Source of the DNA: Candidatus Latescibacterota bacterium
Lineage (GTDB): Bacteria > Latescibacterota > UBA2968 > UBA8231
Length of the DNA: 64,000 nucleotides
Direction of reading: 5' to 3'
Assembly (NCBI GenBank): GCA_964291625.2
Contig: OZ220089.1
Location: 2,080,001 to 2,144,000, forward strand
Part shown: positions 58,687 through 64,000 of the stretch, in pieces
Numbering within the stretch: the first letter of the stretch is position 1
Layout: each line of letters begins with the position of its first letter
Notes under the pieces: model-generated
What the model saw: the letters and a program-made list of their open reading frames with translations, nothing else
Database searches by the model: none
Told to the model about the DNA's origin: nothing
Program-made: the position numbers and the translations under genes

Positions 58687-60981
58687 TCAGTTCCTCCGGT
58701 CGATGGCGATCAGCAATGTGGGCAGCAGCAGGAAATCGGCGATCAGGGCGAAGAGGATCGTCGTGGTGACGAGCAGACCGAGAGCCCAGCTCACCTCGAA
58801 GCCGGAGGTGGCGAAGACCAGGAAACCGGCCGACAGCACCGCCGTGGTCGTCCACAGGGCATGGCCCACCGTATTGAAGGCGGAGCGCACCGCCTCGGGT
58901 GCCGCGAGGCCCTCCCGCCGCGCCTTCAGATACTTGCTCAGGAAGTGAACCGTGTCGTCCACCACGATCCCGAAGACGACGGCGATCACCACCGAGGAAG
59001 CGATGCCCACGTGGCCCACGAGGTAGCCCCACAGGCCGAAGCTCATGATGGCCGGTACGAAGTTGGGGAGAAGGCTCAGGAGACCGACCCGGACGCTCCT
59101 GAAGATCCATATGAGGATGAAGGAGATGAGGGCCATGGCCACGATCGTCCCCCGGAGCATGCTGTGGATGTTCCGCAGGGACAGATGGGCGAAGACGACG
59201 CTCAGTCCGGACGCCGGCTGGGAGAATTCGGGCGCCTTCGCCGCGAGCCAGTCCCGGGCCCGCTGGTCCAGCTCGCGCAGGTCCCGGGACCAGGCGTTCC
59301 GCGTCACCACCACCATGCGAGTAGCCGACTTGGCCACGTCGATGCGATCGTTGAGGTCGCTCCCGAAGGGAAGGGAAAGCTCGTAGAGCAACAGGTACTG
59401 GGCCGCCAGGTCCGGGTCTTCGGGCAGGCGATGGTACGCCGGATCGTCGCCGTGCATGTTCTTGTTCAGACGCTTCATGATGTCCGGGAAGGCCTGCACG
59501 TGGGTGACCTCGGGCTGCTGGCGGAACCACTCGGCGAAGGCCTCCACCTTGCGCAGGTACTCGGGCCGCGTGATGCCCCCTTCGCTCCCCGAGTCGAGGG
59601 AGTACTCCAGCTTGTCCACCCCCGTCAGGTGGTCGACGATGTAGTCCGTGTGGCGCCGGAACTCGTAGCGGTCGTCGAAGTACCGGGCCATGTTGTCGCT
59701 GAGCTCGATGCGCGGTATGCCGATGATCAGGACCACGATCACCAGGGAGAGGGATGCGAGGAGGGGCCTGCGCCGGGCGATGACGAAATCCGCCAGCTGG
59801 TCGAAGAACGCCGGTTTCCCTCGCTGAGGGGGAGCGGCACGGGCGCGCAACGGCAGCAGGGAGAGGAGGGCGGGCAGGAGGGTCATGGTGTAGAGGAAGG
59901 CGCAGAGCACGCCGAAGGCCACGTAGTTGCCGAGGACGCGGAAGGGCGGCGAGTCCGAGGCGTTCAGACTGAGGAAGCCGATGGCCGTGGTCACCGAGGT
60001 GATGAGGACGGGATAGGCGTTGATGCGTACCGCCTCGACGATGGCCGCGCGCCTTTCCAGGCCGCGGCGCAGGCCCAGCAGGACGCTGCTGACGATGTGG
60101 ATCGAATCGGCGATGGCGATGACCATGACGATGATCGGTATGCCGGCGTTCGTGGGGCTGAAGACGACCCCCCTCCAGCCCGCCAGGCCCACGGTGGAGT
60201 TGACGACGAATATCAGCATCGCCACGATCGCCGCGGCGCCCGAAAAGGAGCGCAGGATCACCACCGTGAGGCCCACGATGATGACGAGGACGATCGGAGT
60301 CAGGCGCTCCAGATCGTCGCGGGTGGCATCGGCGAAGGCCCGGTTCATGACGACGTCGCCCGTCAGGTAACAGTCGATGTCCGGATGGTCCGCCCGGGCC
60401 TGCTCCAGTTCCGAACGGAGGAAGTCGGTGATCTCCACGACGGCCTGATCGTGCTCTTCGGGCAGGACGAAGTCGATCGCCACGCCGGCCGTGCGTCCGT
60501 CCCGGGATACCAGGCGGCCGGCGATGTCGGCGGCGCCGAGGGCGATGCTCTCCACGCGCCGCAGGTCGCTGTCGCTCAGGGACTGGGCGTCCTCGACGAG
60601 GGGGCCCACCACCAGGTCGTCCTCGATGCCTTCGCTGTGGGTGTAGTTGGTGAGAGAGTTGACCCGGCCGGAGTAGGGAGTGCGCCACCCGGCCTCGGTC
60701 AACTCCTCAATGGCGCCGAGGACCTCGCGGCTGAAGACCGTGCCCTCCCGGGGCGTTACGGCGATCAGCGCCTGGTTGGAGACGGAGTAGGTGTTCTGCA
60801 GGGCGTCGAATGCGGCCAGCTGCGGGTTGTCCTCGCCCAGGAGGATGCGGTAGTCGTTGGTAACGGTGATGAAACGTGCCCCCGCCGCCAGGGCCAGCAT
60901 CGCCACCGAGGCGAGGAGGACGACGGGCCACCGGTAGGCGAGGACAGCGGCGGTGTAGCGGTCCAGTCGCGCTCCCGCCAT
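58687..60981 (-). CDS. MMPL/RND family transporter
   Basis: Two repeats with IAIADSIH and GIVVDDTVHFL; TSVTTAIGFLSL. Confidence 0.9.
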   Translation of the reverse strand: MAGARLDRYTAAVLAYRWPVVLLASVAMLALAAGARFITVTNDYRILLGEDNPQLAAFDALQNTYSVSNQALIAVTPREGTVFSREVLGAIEELTEAGWRTPYSGRVNSLTNYTHSEGIEDDLVVGPLVEDAQSLSDSDLRRVESIALGAADIAGRLVSRDGRTAGVAIDFVLPEEHDQAVVEITDFLRSELEQARADHPDIDCYLTGDVVMNRAFADATRDDLERLTPIVLVIIVGLTVVILRSFSGAAAIVAMLIFVVNSTVGLAGWRGVVFSPTNAGIPIIVMVIAIADSIHIVSSVLLGLRRGLERRAAIVEAVRINAYPVLITSVTTAIGFLSLNASDSPPFRVLGNYVAFGVLCAFLYTMTLLPALLSLLPLRARAAPPQRGKPAFFDQLADFVIARRRPLLASLSLVIVVLIIGIPRIELSDNMARYFDDRYEFRRHTDYIVDHLTGVDKLEYSLDSGSEGGITRPEYLRKVEAFAEWFRQQPEVTHVQAFPDIMKRLNKNMHGDDPAYHRLPEDPDLAAQYLLLYELSLPFGSDLNDRIDVAKSATRMVVVTRNAWSRDLRELDQRARDWLAAKAPEFSQPASGLSVVFAHLSLRNIHSMLRGTIVAMALISFILIWIFRSVRVGLLSLLPNFVPAIMSFGLWGYLVGHVGIASSVVIAVVFGIVVDDTVHFLSKYLKARREGLAAPEAVRSAFNTVGHALWTTTAVLSAGFLVFATSGFEVSWALGLLVTTTILFALIADFLLLPTLLIAIDRRN

Positions 60982-60984
60982 CTC

Positions 60985-62169
60985 TCACCAGGGGCTCGAC
61001 TTCGAGGCCCGTACGTGGTCGGGCATCCTGTAGCTCATGCCGGCCTCCTGGGACTCGTCGTACGCCGAGATCTCGAGGAGCTGGCAGAAGTTCTCCGACC
61101 TGAGCAGCTCCTTGCTTCTCACCAGGGCCCGGAATCGCTGTTTCATCCGGTAGGCGAAGAGGGCCCCGAAGGTCCTGATCCTCGGGAACTGCAGCTGGTC
61201 GGCCATCTCGTTGCCGATCAGCGCCCGCGAGAGAGTGTAGGCGAGCTTGATCACGGCTTCCTGTTCGTCCGGGTCGGATATCCCCGCGGTCAGGGGAATC
61301 GCCCCGACCAGCGCGTTCGCCATGGTGGCCGAGTCCTGATCGGGAGCCGGCTCGCACATGTGGGCGACCTTGAAGATCTCCTTCGCATCCGCCTTGTCGA
61401 TGAAGAGCATCTCTTCGGGGACACCCATGACGTGGCCGGTATAGCGCCAGATGTCCATGACGCTCTCCTGCTCCTCCTGGTCGAAGGTGGCGCCCACGGC
61501 GGCGGCGTGTTGCAGGAGCCGCATGGAGAAGACGGTCGTGGCCAGACCCAGGTGGGCCGCGTGCAACGGGGTGCCGTAGACCTCCTGGTCCCAGTCGTCG
61601 GAGTTCGCCAGCAGGTGCCTCACCCGGGCGTGGACGAAGCGCAGGCGCATGGACAGCTTCCAGCCGTCGCCGTTCCGCCGCAGGCCGCCGGGAAAGAACA
61701 CCTCCAGCAGGTGCCGGTTGTTCTGCATGAGGCGCCTTCTCGCCGTCGAGCGGTTGAGCACGCGCCCGGTGGTGGCGAAGGACTTGGCGATGAGCGTCGA
61801 GAACCCCTCGATCAGCACCCCCGTGACAAAGGCGACCAGCACCCGGGTGGCGTTCAGGTGGAAGGCGCGGACCCCGGGCCTGAAGGCATCGTAGTCGAAC
61901 CAGGGCGGGTTCTCGGAGTCGACGCGGTCGAAGAACTCGCGCATGACCCGCGGCGCGGTGCTCAGGCCTTCGCTGTCCTGGTCTATGCCGGCCTTGATGA
62001 AGCGGTGCAGGTCGGGAGGCGGCAGGGAGGCCAGCTCCTCCATCACCGGGTCCAGCGGAGGATCGCCGATGTGGGTGTGGCGGATGTAGTTGTCGGCCCT
62101 CTCGGCGTCGTGCCGACGGGCATTGGCGTACCCCTCGATGTACGCCGAGGGCGGTGATGGCGTCGTCAT
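60985..62169 (-). CDS. DUF2236 / MpaB'-Lcp-like heme oxygenase family protein
   Basis: GDP..D, TGR...RRL, RLR.VHA.VR, W....G.P, WRY.GHVMGV. Confidence 0.75.
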   Translation of the reverse strand: MTTPSPPSAYIEGYANARRHDAERADNYIRHTHIGDPPLDPVMEELASLPPPDLHRFIKAGIDQDSEGLSTAPRVMREFFDRVDSENPPWFDYDAFRPGVRAFHLNATRVLVAFVTGVLIEGFSTLIAKSFATTGRVLNRSTARRRLMQNNRHLLEVFFPGGLRRNGDGWKLSMRLRFVHARVRHLLANSDDWDQEVYGTPLHAAHLGLATTVFSMRLLQHAAAVGATFDQEEQESVMDIWRYTGHVMGVPEEMLFIDKADAKEIFKVAHMCEPAPDQDSATMANALVGAIPLTAGISDPDEQEAVIKLAYTLSRALIGNEMADQLQFPRIRTFGALFAYRMKQRFRALVRSKELLRSENFCQLLEISAYDESQEAGMSYRMPDHVRASKSSPW

Positions 62170-62287
62170 GTCGAGAGGAGCGTCAGCCGTCCGGGGGTCA
62201 TGGGCCTGGCGGCCAGGGAGGTCCGCTCGAAAGGTAAGGCTCGGCTGGAGTCAGTGGCAAAGCGCGGGGCCGCCAGCGGGACCCCCG

Positions 62288-64000
62288 CTACGGCGACTTC
62301 TCGACCTGCACGGTCACGATGTCCACGTCGTGGTATTTCTGGTGGCGCACCGACGTGGCGTAGTGCCGCAGCAGGCGGAAGGAGATCTCGCGCTCGTCCA
62401 CCAGTTCGGGCTGAGCGCTCATGTAGGCCAGCCGGTCCTCCAGGTTCTCGGTGCTGGAGGCCGACGAGAACTCCAGCTCCATCGCCCCCTCGGCGAGGCG
62501 CGCGGCGAGGATCAGGCGCCGCCCCTCGCCGACGGCCTCGTCCTCCCCGGCCTGCTGCAGCAGGATCGCCAGCGTCTCCTCGCCGGCGGAGCGCAGCCGT
62601 CCCAACGACGGCTCGCCCCATCCGACCCGGGCGGCACACTTCTGGAGGAAGGCGTCGATCTCCGGCAACGCCTCCGCCGCCAGCTCCACCTCCAGGCGCC
62701 GGCGCCGGGGCGCCGTCAACTCCATGAAGGCGGTCAGGACGATGGCCGCCATGCCGCCGGCGGTCATGCCGTTGCCGAGCAGGGTGCCCCAGGTCCCGCC
62801 GAGCAGGTCGGCGAAGATCACCTGGTTCTGGAAGCCGACACCGATCCAGAAGGAGAGGCCCACCACCGCGGCCTTGCGGTGATCGAGGCCGTCGCCGACG
62901 ACGATCTTCATCCCCTGCACGAAGAGCATGCCGATGAGCAGGGTCACGTAGACCGCGGCCACGGGGTTGGGGATGGCGATCACCAGGGCCGTGACCTTGG
63001 GCGACAGGGCCAGGGCCACGAAGATCACGCCGAGGTACACCCCGACCCGGCGTGCGGCGACCCCGGTCAGCTCGGCCAGGGATATGCTGCTCGAGTAGGT
63101 CGTGTTGGGAGGCGTCCCGGCGAGACCGGAGAGCAGGTTGCCCACCCCGTCGGCGTTGAGGGCGCCCTGGACCAGGCGGAAGTCGGTGGCCCTCGGCTGG
63201 CGCCGCGAGACCCGCTGAATGGCGACGCCGTCGCCGATCGTCTCGATGGCGCCGACGATGGTGACCACCACGAAGGCCGGCAGCAGCGCCCAGAACTCCG
63301 GGCCCAGGCTCAGGTCCAGTCCAGGCCACGAGCTGTCGGGAAGGCCTACCCACGGCGCGTCGATCACGGACTGGACGTCGTACAGGCCGAAGGGGGCGGC
63401 GGCGGCGCAGCCCGCGGCGATGCCGATGAGGGGGGCCCACAGCCGCCAGGTCGCGGGGGCGCGCAGGGCCAGCACCACGAGGGCGAGAAAGGTCGCCCCC
63501 GCCGCCGAAGGAGCCGCGGCGGAGGACGTGCCCTCGGGCACGTCCGCGAGCAGGCCGAAGATGATCGGCATGACCGTGACCGCGATCAGCATGATCACCG
63601 TTCCCGAGACGACGGGGGTGATAACCCGGCGCAACAGGGAGAGCCGCGCCGCCAGGGCGAACTGGAAGAGGGCGGAGACCACGATCAGGCTGGCCATCAG
63701 GGGCGGCCCCCCTGGGCCAGGGCCGTGATGCAGACCGCGATGAAGGCCCCGGAGGTACCCATGATGAGCACGTGTCCGGCCCCGATCCGCCCGAGGCGGA
63801 CCGCCTGCAGAACCGTGGTCAGCCCGCTCACCACCAGGGCCGCGAAGGCGATCCAGGCGATGTACCCCGCCCCCTGACCGCCGGCCCGCCCGATGATGAC
63901 GGCGCCGAGCACCACCGGCGCCAGGACGACCACCGCCGCCTGGAAGCCGACCCCGGCGGCGACCAGGTGGGGGGGCCTCTCGTCCGGCTCGAAGCGAATG
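62288..64000 (-). CDS. NCS2 (xanthine/uracil) permease with C-terminal HATPase-like domain; 5'-truncated, 1-bp frameshift near 63705
   Basis: RFEPDE.PP, SGLTTVLQA.R.G.IG, ITPVVSGTVI, ETIGD, ADGVGN, PNTTYSSS, TGVAAR; ~135-aa soluble C-tail. Confidence 0.8.
   Translation of the reverse strand, partial: HSLRAGREAPPPGRRRGRLPGGGGRPGAGGARRRHHRAGRRSGGGVHRLDRLRGPGGERADHGSAGGPPRADRGRTRAHHGYLRGLHRGLHHGPGPGGPPLMASLIVVSALFQFALAARLSLLRRVITPVVSGTVIMLIAVTVMPIIFGLLADVPEGTSSAAAPSAAGATFLALVVLALRAPATWRLWAPLIGIAAGCAAAAPFGLYDVQSVIDAPWVGLPDSSWPGLDLSLGPEFWALLPAFVVVTIVGAIETIGDGVAIQRVSRRQPRATDFRLVQGALNADGVGNLLSGLAGTPPNTTYSSSISLAELTGVAARRVGVYLGVIFVALALSPKVTALVIAIPNPVAAVYVTLLIGMLFVQGMKIVVGDGLDHRKAAVVGLSFWIGVGFQNQVIFADLLGGTWGTLLGNGMTAGGMAAIVLTAFMELTAPRRRRLEVELAAEALPEIDAFLQKCAARVGWGEPSLGRLRSAGEETLAILLQQAGEDEAVGEGRRLILAARLAEGAMELEFSSASSTENLEDRLAYMSAQPELVDEREISFRLLRHYATSVRHQKYHDVDIVTVQVEKSP

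Noticed and set aside
58861-62157. Very long antisense or alternate-frame ORFs (e.g. 1098 aa here, 940 aa at 44264, 734 aa at 1323)
   Set aside because: Shadow ORFs opposite well-supported genes, expected at this GC content

Overview
A very GC-rich chromosomal window from a diderm bacterium. The gene content (FlgD-Ig-tailed WD40 protein, a secreted protein ending 'WGRIK', two PhyH dioxygenases, Kelch, GPP34 and ceramidase-like genes) resembles Latescibacterota/Poribacteria-type genomes; this is inference. The dominant feature is a ~14 kb, visibly less GC-rich CRISPR-Cas island at 14607-28729. It holds a 57-repeat/56-spacer array (28-nt repeat, 35-45-nt spacers), a leader, and a divergent type I-D operon in a non-canonical order (cas6-cas10d-cas7-cas5-cas3'-cas4-cas1-cas2, minus strand). 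cas10d carries a clear internal SD+GTG for a hidden Cas11d. A CapW/BrxR-like WYL regulator is transcribed divergently, and its candidate operator is a 12-bp inverted repeat with TTGACA in each arm. Two spacers target variants of the same foreign gene. The flanks carry metabolic and transport genes (SDR, kbl, hydantoinase A/B, MFS, GT2-methyltransferase, RcnA). They also carry a porin-SBP-HAMP-OFA module, a squalene synthase+ispH pair facing a DUF2236-MMPL-LolA-like-OM barrel operon, and an NCS2 permease fused to a degenerate anti-sigma-kinase-like domain. Six single-base frameshifts in five genes look like long-read assembly errors. No tRNA, rRNA, transposase or integrase was recognised. All family calls come from motif recognition by eye, not database searches.
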